Source: the human T2T-CHM13v2.0 reference genome, Homo sapiens. From it: a stretch of DNA of 64,000 nt. The stretch lies in assembly GCF_009914755.1 (NCBI RefSeq), contig NC_060928.1; one strand, 5' to 3'. The translations under genes were made by a program, and so were the position numbers. Shown here piece after piece: positions 42,317-54,362 of the stretch (position 1 is its first letter; each line of letters opens with the position of its first letter). The notes beneath the pieces are model-generated. The model was not told the DNA's origin, ran no database searches, and was given only the letters and a program-made list of their open reading frames with translations.

Positions 42317-43957
42317 GCCCATTGACCCCCAGTTTTACTTGTGCACAAAAGCATGAGAATTAAATAAAAATTCATGTGAAGTGACTAGTAAATAATAAAT
42401 GCTAAGTGTTTATTCCCCTAATGTATTTATATATTTGTTGCCAGGAATTCCAATGCTGAGTAACCTTGCTTTTCCAATAAGCTTACAGCCTTTAGAACCA
42501 AAAGAAAGTCATCTTAATTTGAATATTACAGCATTAGTGACATCTGGTGGAAAATATAAGAGTTACAAAGTAGCATTACATAGCTATTCTGATCTTTCAT
42601 GTAAATTTTAGATAAATTTTACATACTAAATGAAAACAAGATGAAGAAATGGTCTATGAAGTTATCTACCTTATTGTGCTAATAATCTTTGAATCTATAT
42701 GCTAAAATATATAGGAAGTCAGTATAATTAGCATTATACTAATAAAAACATTTTTCAGCATGCATGTCTATATAGTGAAAAAATGATTAAAAATAGGCAT
42801 GGGCTCTTTATCCTATTGTGAGTCTCATAAAAAGGGTCTCTTTTTTAAAGGAGAGCCCATACCTCTCTTTTTATGGCATCACATGCCAAAGAACCTCCCT
42901 TAACAAGTTTTCAGATCAAATTGTGAACTGTGGGGTGTGTTAGGAAGTATGTCAAGAAAATAGCTGGTTGTGCTTCAGAGAATATGGAATTTAGGTATAT
43001 TTGGGAGAGACATTCTGTTTGAGATACTATGGATGGAGGCAACAAACGATGTTTTACAAGTGAGCTTTAAATATTACGGTATCAAATGCTCTGAACTAGG
43101 GAGGGGTTCAAGTATTTGTGACCAAAAGAGCAAACTGTGATCTGTTACAGGACTGGTAAGCTACAACCCTGGGGCCGAAGCAAACAGCCATGTTTTTTTC
43201 TTATTGGAACACACTCACGCTCATTCATTTATGTATTGTCTATAGCTGCTTTCAGCCTCGAGTAGGTGCAAGAGACCATATGCCTTCAAAAGCAGAACTA
43301 TTTACTACCTGGCCATTTACAGAAAGTTTGCCAACCTCTAGTCCATTAGATAACTGTCATCAAACTTCTCGGTGCCATTCCCACCACCTCCATGGGAGGA
43401 GTATACTTCCTGGTCCCATTAAAGTTAGGCTTGACCTTCACTTGCTTTGGTCAGTGTGAAAAAGCTGGCCTTCAGAGTCCTGACTAACCAATGTCCCTCC
43501 AACAGAATGAGAAAGGTGCAGCAAAAGCCAACCAATACATGAGACTCTTATACCTCTGCACAAGCATTCTCACAGAGGTTTGACTTCTCTGATTGATGAC
43601 ACTGGGAAAAGGATCCTGAAAGCCAGATACAGTTCAGTTCCTCCTGGGCTCTACTTCAGACCTTGATGGGCTTAACCTCTGTTCATCCTCTACATATGGT
43701 AAGCAACACTGAGCCAGAGTCCAGGCCAGGCCTAGAGGCCTATCATGCTGTCTTAGAACCTTCTCTTTAACATGGTGTAGAAACCACTCACAAGTCTTTC
43801 AGCTGTTGATTTAAACATCATCCTCCTGAGGTAAGCCTCAAGGTCTAGAAAGAGGATGGGACAGTCCACTTGGAGCTACAGGGCAAAGCTTTTCCAGTAT
43901 AGCTTCACCTCAATAAAGCTCATAGTTTGGCTCCCACTCAGCTCCAAAATGTGTATT

Positions 43958-44255
43958 TCTTTTTTATTTATTATTTTTTGAGATGGAGCCTTGCTCTGTC
44001 GCCCAGGCTAGAGTACAGTGGCACGGTCTTGGCTCACCGCAACCTCCACCTCATGGGTTCAAGCGATTTCTCCTGCCTCAGCCTCCCAAGTAGCTGAGAT
44101 GCGCCCGCCACCACGCCCAGCTAATTTTTATATTTTTAGTAGAGACGGGGTTTGACCATCTTGGCCAGGCTGGTCTCAAACTCCTGATCTCGTGATCCAC
44201 CTGCCTCGGCCTCCCAAAGTGCTGGGATTACAGGCGCGAGCCACTGCGCCCAGCC
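43958..44255 (-). mobile_element. Alu (AluS-like)
   Basis: Antisense Alu; TSD caaaatgtgtatttctt. Confidence 0.95.
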
Positions 44256-44448
44256 CAAAATGTGTATTTCTTAATTGATTATATAATCTGTAAGGGGTAA
44301 AATGACTCATCATGACTAGCTCTCCAGAAACCTCAGAGTAAATAGTAGCATGCAAATGATACAAAAATCTAAGAATTTAATCCTGTTAATATTGGTAGCT
44401 GAGTTGAAATGACCAGAGTATACACACAACCTTTAAAAATGTGATTTC

Positions 44449-44738
44449 AGCCGGGCGCAGTGGCTCACGCCTGTAATCCCAATGCTTTGTGAGGTCAAGG
44501 CGGGCAGATCATGAGGTCAGGAGTTCAAGACTAGCCTGGCCAACATGGTGAAACCCTCTCTCTACTAAAAATATAAAAATTAGCCAGGTGTGGTGGCACG
44601 TGCCTGTAATCCCAGCTACTCAGGAGGCTGAGACGGAAGAATGGCTGGAATCCGGGAGGCAGAGGCTGTAGTGAGCTGAGCTGCGTCACTGTACTCCAGC
44701 CTGGGCGACAGAATAAGACTCCATCTTGGGGGGGAAAA
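44449..44738 (+). mobile_element. Alu (AluS-like) with G-run in place of the A tail
   Basis: gccgggcgcagtggctcacg...ccatcttgggggggaaaa; flanked by gtgatttc on both sides. Confidence 0.95.
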
Positions 44739-45549
44739 GTGATTTCGCAGAATTTAGTCTGACTTCTCAAATAGTTAAAATACAAATGAAGCATTTAATT
44801 GCCACTTTTCTTGAAATCATCTAGGTTGGTAACACCAGTGGTCCACTTATTCCATAAAGATATGAAGAGTCTACAAATTTGTCACTGAGAACCCAGAAAC
44901 TGCCACTGATCCACAGTATTTGCTCAATATGTAATTTCTGAATGAACAGATTCAGACTATGTGCAATTACTTAAAAATAGTGAAGGTTAAATAAGTTAAT
45001 ACACATAAAGAACTTAGTGTCTAATAATAAGCATTAATAAACTGAATTTTTACAAAATGAGGTCAGATTTAGATTAGAGATTAGAGAAGACTTTACAAAT
45101 CTGCCTTAAACTGACCTTGGAAAAACAGGTGAGAACTGGATAGAAAGCATGTACCAGATGAGGGTATTAATGAAAGCACAGGAATAAGCATAGTATTTAA
45201 GTATATAAGGAAAAGTAGGCTGACAATAAGGCTAAGAGTATAGTAAAGTACTAAAATCAACACTTGTTCAACTGGAATTGTTGGACTAATTCCAAAGGAC
45301 ATTTATCTTTTCACAATGATGAAGTAATAGCCTTAAGTCTATTGCTATGAGATGAACAGGATGTGATCAAAGTTTATCCATTAGATTGAAGACACCTCAA
45401 GACTCACTCAACTTTGGACCCTTAAGTTCTATAACTTCGTAGGAACAAGAATTCATTAGCTATGCTGAATCAATTCTAATTACCATTTAACTATATCAAC
45501 ACCAAACCAGTATCAAAATGTTTTAAGACAAATTTAAAACAAACTTAAC

Positions 45550-45555
45550 TTTATT
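45550..45555 (-). terminator. MAD2L1: Proximal MAD2L1 polyadenylation signal AATAAA
   Basis: TTTATT on plus, ~660 nt after the stop codon, followed on the minus strand by U/GU-rich sequence. Confidence 0.7.
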
Positions 45556-46216
45556 TCCTCACTTTCACTTAAAACTTGATTTTATAAAACACATGAAAAA
45601 ACATTTTTAAGAGTTCTGTATCACAGAACATTAAACAGTACAAATATCCATTGCTTCATAGGTTCAAGTTACATAAATTAAAGTCAAATAATTGGAAACT
45701 GATTCAATAGGGAAAACTATACATGAAATGAAGGTCAAAAGGAGCTATACAGCAATATTTCATTGTTTATAGATTATGAGTTACTTTCAGGACCTTAACA
45801 AAGATTCTGAATATTTAGACTTCCTTTGTTGTATTTTATACTTAAATATCTCCCTACCTATACTGAGTCAAACTACTTGACCAAAACATCTGATTTAGGA
45901 AAGCATCTAGCTTTATAGCACAAGTTTTTCCATCTACAGTTACTATCTTCAAAGGAATATACATCACAATGTTGACAAAAAAACCTCCTGGTTCCTTTTG
46001 AACAATGTGCAATAAATTCATGATGTTAACTCCATGGTAAGTCAAATAGGTACCAAAAAAATAAAAGGAACAATTACACACAGTTCAGTAAGTATCATTT
46101 TGGTTTTCTCCATGTAAAAATTAACCAATGAAATAAAACATATCAACTATAGATGACCTGATTTCAGGAAAACCACATTTCAAAATTACAATTACATTAT
46201 TTTCCTCATGTCATCC

Positions 46217-49200
46217 TCAGTCATTGACAGGAATTTTGTAGGCCACCATGCTATTTACTTTGTGGATTGTAGTAGTAAATGAACGAAGGCGGACTTCCTC
46301 AGAATTGGTAATAAACTGTGGTCCCGACTCTTCCCATTTTTCAGGTACAACCAAATCTTTGTCTGTATAAATCAGCAGATCAAATGAACCTAAATTGGGG
46401 ATAAGATCATTGAAGTATATTATTTTCTAAAAGTAAAACTAATCTTGCTGCCTCTCTTCTATTTTGAACCACTCACTGCTGGAAAAGGTCATTTGGCTTG
46501 GTCTCCAATCACTAGTTAATTTATTTTGCTCAATGAACATTTATTTCAGTAAAGAAAATATTGTATCTAACTTCCGTGCAATTTAGTGATTGTGTTCAAG
46601 TAACCCTTATCTTATTTAATAATGGTCCCAAAGCACAAGAATAGTGATGCCAGCATATTGTTATAATTGTTCCAGTTTATTATTAACTCTTACTATGCTT
46701 AATTTACATATTAAATTTTATCATAGGTATGTATGCATAAGAAAAAAACATTATATAGGGTTCATACTATCCATGGTTTCAGGTATTCACTGTGGGTCTC
46801 CCTGTGGAAAGGGAGACTACGATACATTACTTTTGCATGATAATGTTTTTCCTTCAATTTATATTACATAAATCTGATAAATAAGACAAAATTTAATAAA
46901 GGGGTGATTACGGCAGTAGCTTAGTCTTTTTGCCAATCAATTTAATTCAACAAGAAGTTGTATAATACTTACAAGAAACTTCCAACAGTGGCAGAAATGT
47001 CACCGTAGCTGTGATCTGTCTGATCACTGAACGGATTTCATCCTGGATAGCTTTCTGAGACTTTTCTCTGGGTGCACTGTCAAAAAAAAATCAAATCAAT
47101 TAATTCATTTCAGGTCTTAACAAATTATTTCAAACATAGTGGTTAGATTATTTATCTGATTAAATGCTCTCAACATCAAATAAGCAGGGCTTATTTGAGA
47201 AAGGAGGTTTGTAAAAAATGTGAGTGAAAGTATCCTTCAGACCTACAACCTAGTAGGCACAACATTCATCCTTATTACTTCATTTATCCTGCCAGTCATC
47301 TTTTAGAGCTGGTCTTAGTGTCAGGTCATTTAGTATCAGATGACTAGAAAATTTGCCAATCACTTCAAGTTCAGGAAACTTCAGCATCTCTTGAAATAAA
47401 AATAAGTGATATCTAAAATATGTATTGGTATAATCATTTCAGCATTTTTAGTAATGCCTAAATGTCTAATTTCCTATTTTCTCAAATAAAACATTAAATT
47501 GTATATCAAATTATTTTATAAGCTAAAAATTTCCTAAAATACACCAAAGCCTTCAGAAGCAAACTACATTTCACTATAAGAAATGGTTCTCAGTTTATAG
47601 AAGAGCATGCCTAGGACAATGCATTTCTCTTCCAGGGAGTCTGGAACCTTCAGAAATTTATGAAGTGTCTTAGGAAGTAGATGGCATTAAAGGAAGTACA
47701 GCAGAGCTACATCTTAAATTGTGTGAGTCTAATATCATTCCTTATAGTTAAAAATATCTTAGAACAATTATTAAATGGTTCATCTAGTATATCATGTGTA
47801 GTTTTGTATATATCACCATAAATACTGTTTGAAAACTACTGATTTAGACTAAAGGCAATTATGTTAAAATTATATTATATATACAAATCAATGATATGCT
47901 AAACTGAGCACAATTCTTTTCCATAGGTGACTGAGGATATCTTAGAAAATATAAATTAGAAACAAACTATATTTTATATAAAACTAGTTCAATACAATTA
48001 GAACTCAATTAGTAATAAAAACAAGTTTTGAAAAAAATATATCAAAGTAGAAATAATGTAATTCCTATTTACCTGTCATCTTTTGCAGTCTTGTCACACT
48101 CAATATCAAACTGCCATCTTTCCAGGACCTCACCACTTTCAATATTTGAGATAACTACAACCAGTTTCTGAACTGAACACTTGTATAACCAATCTGCAAC
48201 ACATAAAAAGGAAGGCATCTTTCTTGGTCCACTGCATCATAAAGTAGCTCTCTTCTCGGGTCCCACTCCCTATCCTCAGCAAATTCCTACCACTGCTATC
48301 TGGGACCTCCTCCTATGTGCAAGAAAATTTGCACCATCAATAATCTAACTTCTGTTTTCAAATTCTCAGTATCTGTATCAGGTACAGTAATTGGTGCTGA
48401 GGACAGAATACTGAACATGTGGTAGTTTCATCCTAATCCAAGATAAAAGCATAGGAGATGGGCATTAATCTACTCATCACACCAATAAATGAGAAATTAT
48501 CATTGTAATGGCTGCTATGAAAGAAAGATGTAAGATGCAATGAGAGCATAAAAAAAGGAAAATTTGAGCCACTCAGGGAGGTCAGAAAAGGTCTGAGTTT
48601 AGCTCTAGGGATAAACAGCATTAAATATGCAAAAGGATACGAAAGAAGATACAGGCCTCAAATACTGCCAAGGGAAGAGCATATAGAGGGCTGGAAGCAG
48701 CCCACTACAAGTGCAATCAAGAAACAAACAAACAAAATAAAACAAAGTAATCCTTGCAAGATTAACAGGAGCCAGACCATGCAAAGCCTGGTGGATCAAA
48801 TTAAAAAAATATATACTTCAAGACCAGGGAAGTCATTACTGTGTGTGAACAGGATGTAAAGCAATTAGACTTGTATTTCAAAACTATCATTCTAGCTGTG
48901 ATACGGAAAGTGGACTGGAGATGTTAAAGAGGGGATCTAGAGACACTAGTTAGTCAATCAGTAATTCAAGCAAGAGTTAATGAAAGCTTGTAGGAGGATA
49001 AACTGGTAGATATGGAGCAGTAGGTAGATTTAAGAGATTTCATGGTTAAAACGTATTGGGTTTAGTCACGATAGTAAGGAAGAAGCATGATTCAGGGACA
49101 GCTTCCAAGTTTCTTTTATTTCTGGCTGGACGGTTTAGTCATTCATTGAGAGAAAAAAAGAGAATTAAAGAGTATCAGTCTTGGAGATGATCCTAAATTT

Positions 49201-52200
49201 AGTTTTTAGTATACTTGAGTGTACATTGTCTCTGGGATAGCTACATAAAGATATAGCTGCTGGATATATGAGTCTGGAGAAAGAGGCTTGGGATAGATGT
49301 AAGTTTGTGAGTTGACTACACAGAGGTTGTTAGTGAAGCTATACACAGGTCAGAGATCACCTATAGAGAAATTATAAACACAGAACGGGGGCTCAGATTG
49401 AGCCTTGAAGTAATCTTGGAAATTGAAACAGCATATTCAGGAGTCAGCGAAGTTTTTGTAAAGAAACAGAGTAATTACTAAATATTTTAGGCTTATTGGC
49501 CACCAAGATCTCTGTTGCTTATTTTTAAACAAACCTGTAAGTGTAAAAACACTCTTAGCTTGTGGGCAGTGCAAAAACAGGCCACTTGTTGGATGTGGCC
49601 TGTGGGCCTTGTGATCCCTGGCATTTATCAACAACTTTTTATTAGTTTCACTCTGAAAAGGAGACTGGGTGGTAATTTGCTCTTCCTTTAAAACTGGAGA
49701 GATGAAACCAATGGGGATAATTAAAATCAAAACACAGAAGCAGAAAATATAAGAGAGAACAGGATAAAGACCCTGAAAAAGGCTAGAGGAAATTACATTC
49801 AAAACAAAACAATTGGCTGGCAAAACAAAACATGAGCAGCCACTCATGCCTGTAATCCCAGCACTTTGGGAGGCAGAGGTGGGTGGATCACGAGGTCAGG
49901 AGTTCGACACCAGCCTGGCCAAGATGGTGAAACCCTGTCTCTAGTAAAAATATAAAAATTAGCCAGGCACGGTGGCAGGCGCTTATAATCTCAGCTACTC
50001 GGGAGGCTGTGGTGTGGGGGCAGAGGTTGCAGTGAGCGGAGATCACGCCACTGCACTCCAGCCTTGGTGCCAGAGTGAGACTCCAAACAAAAAACAAACC
50101 GAACAACTTGCCTCTAGGGAAGAGCAATTTTTCCACTTTAACTAAAATAAAAGGGACAAGTTAAATAGGAAGGTCTAGACACAAATAAGGTGAAATGTCA
50201 TTAACGCAGTCTCAAAGGAGACAACCTAAAAACCATTGGCTTAGGCAATGCTTGCTTCTCCAGCAAATTAAGATAAAAACACACATCCATAGTTGTCTAG
50301 AGGTTCCAGGCCAAACGACCTGAGTACAGCCCTATGAATCACTATAGATGATTTATTCCTGACCCCCAATTTTGGATGCAACTCTGGGAGAGGTGGACAC
50401 TCTTATCAGTGTCTTTCCTGTGTACACTTGAGAACAGAGGTCTATTCCCACACCAAAAGAGGTCTCATCTTGCTATTTTGACAATACCAATCTACTATAG
50501 CAGAAGTTCTCAACCAAGGGCAGTTTTGTCCCCTAGGGCACATCTGGCAATATAATACATGGAGGCATTTCTGGTTGTCAGAGCAAGGGGGTTTGTTACT
50601 GGCATTTGGTGAGTAAAGGCCATAGTTGTTGGTAAACATTCTATAACACACAGAAAAGCACCCACACCAAAGCAAAGAAAAGCACCCATACCAAAGAAAT
50701 ACCCAGGCCAAAATGTCAACAGGGCTATCTTCCCTTGCCTGTTAATTTGAGACCTGACATCCACAGGTTGTTGTGGGATTCCCCTCCTGTACACATAAAT
50801 GGCAAGGCAATGTTAACAGTTTATCTAGAGGATAGTATAGCTTGAAAGAGAGTTACCAAGCTAAAAAAGTTCACATGGCCATCATTGGAAGGGCATATTA
50901 AAAATGGGTTAGTAAAAATGCAATAAAAACGGTAAAAAAGACACATTTCTGGTCAACAACAAAAGAAATAATTTCTAAATTAAAAAAAAAAGATGGCTGC
51001 TGTAGTACTTTTTAAAATTTTAGAAGATCAAATGGGAGAAACACTTGAACAATTAGAAATGAGAATCCTAAGTGGAGGGTAACATGAAAGAAAAACTAAC
51101 AGGAATTCTAGAAAGGAAAAAGAAATCGATGAAGAACAAGTATTCACCCAACAGGTAATACATCAATGTCTTCAGCTAAAGAAAAACGAGTGTTCAGACA
51201 GAAAAGGCTTACTGAGTCACTGGCAGAATTTTTGAAAACGACAAATAGAAATACGTGAAAAACAAACAAACAAAAAAACTGTGAGTGTTCTGTTATTTAG
51301 TAGCTAATCTTTTCTCTTTTTGAAGTTTAGTTCTCTGGTTGAATCCAATTTCCTTGATCTTAATGTAATGATAACATTAGACTACAGAAAATTAATTAGT
51401 TACAGAAAATTAATACATTATATTGAGAATATGTAGTGTATATTGTCTCAGATAGTGAACACCATTATAATTATGTAAAATTCCAACCTGTTCCATTTGG
51501 CCACATTTACTGCAAAAGCCACTTCTAAGGGAGTTGATGAAGACTATTTTTTTAGCCATATCAGATTTCTAACATCAAAATATTCAGCCCACTCACAATG
51601 TAGTGGGTGGGGGAAGAGTGTATTTCTTCCATTTTATATATTATTTTCTTCCTCTCAATTGAAAATATATTTGAGATGTCAGTACACTTCTATGTGCAGA
51701 GCGGAAAAATGACTGCTTAAGATGCTAGAAAATCTGCAAGACTCAAATTGTTTCCAATGATTAAAATACCTTTCAGTTGTTCCACCACATTATTTAGGTA
51801 TTTTATGAGCTCAAGATCAGTAGTTACAAGCAAGGTGAGTCCGTATTTCTGCACTCGAGTAAAGGTTTCAGATGGATATATGCCACGCTGATATAAAATG
51901 CTGTTGATGCCGAATGCTGCAAGCAAAAGAAATGTTACAGAAAATTCATTATCCCTGCATAACTCTGGAAAATAAAATATATTTAGATGTTGCTATATTT
52001 TCATTAGGCTATACAGCTATAAATGACTGAACACACGTGTATCTTGCTGAAAGCAGAGTAGGTACAAAGTGGCATTAAAAATCCTTAAAAGTCTTGCTTC
52101 TAAGTAAAACAGATAATTGCTTTCACGTGGCAAAAAAAAAAGCCAAAGTGTATCAACTTATTATTGCCAAATTTCACCTCATTGTAATCCAAGTCCAAAT

Positions 52201-52831
52201 TCAGATTATGAGGCTAGAGGATGTCAAAATAGGCTGTTGCATTCGAGTTAGCAACTGACTGAATAGTCACTGTGCTCCAGACAAGCCTTTCTCTTCCCCT
52301 TTCCCTCCCAAATCCTGCCAGGTTCCTTTAGAACGTGCAGCTGGCCTGTTCGAAAACAAGGGTTCCCAAAGTCTTGTCTACTGCCAGCCTCATGCCCAAT
52401 AATCACTTTGAGTGGGAGGGTGAGGGTGCTCTCGCAGTTAAAAAAAAAAAAGAAAAACACACACATACGCATACACTGGGGCCCACCCCAGTCACACCGT
52501 GTCCTGTATCGGAAAGTAAGGGGTGGGAGGTGGGACGGATCTGCACTTAAAGGAAGAAACGCTCCGGAAGAGGCTACGCCGCGAGGTAGGCCCCAGCAGC
52601 ACGCAGGCCTGCAGCTCCACGTTAGCAACGCGTCTGGAGGAAGCGCCTGCAGCCGCCTCTCCCCAGATTACTTCTCTGGTATCAGAGGCCGAGCTGTGGG
52701 CCTACTGAGCCGTCACGACTCCGTTCCCCCCGATATATTGGCCTGCGCGAGAACTTACAGAAGAACTCGGCCACGATTTCGGCGCTCCCGCGCAGGGTGA
52801 TTCCCTGCTCCCGGGAGAGCTGCAGCGCCAT
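46217..52831 (-). CDS. MAD2L1: Mitotic spindle assembly checkpoint protein MAD2A (HORMA domain), 205 aa; exons 52759-52831, 51770-51916, 48073-48193, 46973-47076, 46217-46389
   Basis: Spliced translation [25 protein letters not shown]|[33 protein letters not shown]...QLK|[15 protein letters not shown]...DDS|[34 protein letters not shown]|[13 protein letters not shown]...KIPVND*. Exon lengths 73+147+121+104+173 = 618 nt; all introns GT-AG. Confidence 0.99.
46590..46822. mobile_element. MER44-like (Tigger-derived) DNA transposon fragment in MAD2L1 intron 4
   Basis: tatcataggtatgtatgcata...atagggttcatactatccatggtttcaggtattcactg...gggagactac. Confidence 0.7.
48380..49420. mobile_element. L2 fragments in MAD2L1 intron 2
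   Basis: ggagccagaccatgcaaagcct...ggatatatgagtctggag-type L2 motifs. Confidence 0.6.
49836..50098 (+). mobile_element. Alu with internal deletion in the right arm
   Basis: gggaggctgt-ggtgtggggg-cagaggttgc lacks the gaggcaggagaatcgcttgaacc segment. Confidence 0.92.
50500..50722. mobile_element. MER20 (hAT-Charlie) fragment
   Basis: gttctcaaccaagggcagttttgtccccta gggcacatctggcaat...ggccaaaatgtcaaca. Confidence 0.8.
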
Positions 52832-53600
52832 GGCCAGGGACACAAACAAAAGCACGCGCTTCCACTCCGCGGACAGCAACCACAGCGGCTCCAACAGCAC
52901 TTCCCCGCCAAGCGTTTCAAAAGTAACGACGCAGCACGTCGTCAGGTCCTTTGCGCAGGCGCGACGAGCCTTTAAGCCCAGCCCCACGCAGCGGGGACCT
53001 GCCCTTTCTCTCAGCCTTCCTGTGATGTCGCGGGAGCGGCCGGTTCGCGCAGGCGCATTTGGTGGACCTGGTCGCGCTGTGCCGGGTGTGACACTACGGT
53101 AGGTGTAGGTTAGGATGTGTCTTCTGGTCGTGGTCTACTAGTTGGGGCCGAGGGAAGAAGATGACGATTCCAATTTCAGTAGCCACTCTCTAGGCTTATG
53201 AACTGAAAGACCAAGGAGCACAATTTCCGAGTTTCAAAGATACTTTCAAACTGAAAGGAACTGTTCGCCAGCTGCTCGCGAAGTGGCCCATGTGACCCCT
53301 AGTGAACGGTCTAAACTTCCGCTAGATGCTTTGGGAATTCGTAAAGCGACTGCGTGCGCGGCAGCCAAGCCACAGCTTTACAGGGTTCGCCTTCTGTGTG
53401 GGAACGCGGCTTTTCCCCAAGAAATTGGGTTAGGGATTAAAGAGAAGAACTGCATCCTTTTTACTGCCCTTTTTCCACGTCTGTCCTGGGCTTAGGGCCC
53501 TCCTCAGAGGCCAGAGGGGTAGGCGAGTCCGGGGCGGTAGGGGGCTGCGTCCGGAAGTCCAGGCTGCGTTCTGTCCACCCTGCCCACCCTTAGGGGGCAG
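52480..53600. promoter_or_regulatory. MAD2L1: CpG island / MAD2L1 promoter, probably bidirectional
   Basis: Dense CpG and high GC. E2F-like TTGGCGGG (minus, 52904-52911), CHR TTTGAA (minus, 52916-52921), NRF1-like GCGCAGGCGC at 52953-52962 and 53047-53056. Confidence 0.9.
53041..53104 (+). ncRNA. Possible first exon of a divergent lncRNA (MAD2L1-DT-type)
   Basis: Head-to-head CpG island; candidate donor ACG|GTAGGT at 53099. A divergent transcript is recalled for this locus, but its boundaries cannot be derived from sequence. Confidence 0.35.
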
Positions 53601-53844
53601 GACAGGAATAAGGTCACCTCACCAAAGAGGCCCATCAACATGGAAGAATATTTCAGTGAATCTTGACTCACCAAGCTCAGTGACTTTTCATTGAAAAGGG
53701 TGAGAATTATTAAGGAGATATTGCACAATTAATGTTCATGTCAAGTTTGAAAAAAAAATTATTCTTAAAGCAGCTAGGAAGATATTTGTAAAATGACGCC
53801 TGAAAAACTTTCATGTCTGCCGGACGTTATATGAGAAATACTTG

Positions 53845-54362
53845 AGTGTTGTTAGTTTTCTATTGCTGCATAACGAATTACCACAAATCAGTGGCTTCAA
53901 AACACCTATTCGTTTTCTCAGTCCTGTAGGTCAGAAGTCTGGACGTGGCATAGTTGACGGTTTTGCTCAGTCACACAAGGTTGAAATCAAAGGGTCTGCA
54001 AGTGGGATCTCATCTGAGGTTTGGGGTCCTTCTAAGCCCTCTGGCAGAATTTCGTTGTGGTTGTTGGACTGAGGTCCCTTTTTGTCTCGCCAGCTGTTGG
54101 CCAGAGGCCAGCTGTGTGTCAGCTAGACCTTTTACAGGCCTTCTAACACTTCCCATCTTCGTGGCTTTCGGGAGCCCCCAGCCCCTTTTAAAGGCTCACC
54201 TGATTAAGTAAGACTCAGTCAGATCTCCCTTTTGATGAACCTAGTCCCAGAAGTGATATCTGCTCATATTTGTAGGTTCTACCCAAACTCCAGGGGAGGG
54301 GATTATGTAGATGCGCTCTCTAGGGGCCAGGAATGTGGGGAACTAGCTTAGAATTCTGCCTG
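53845..54362. mobile_element. MLT1-type solo LTR
   Basis: tgttagttttctattgctgcataacgaattaccacaaatcagtggcttcaaa...cttagaattctgcct. Confidence 0.8.

Noticed and set aside
52248-53102. Overlapping 70-130 aa ORFs around the MAD2L1 start
   Set aside because: Expected from stop-codon scarcity in a CpG island; only the MALQLSREQ exon is supported.
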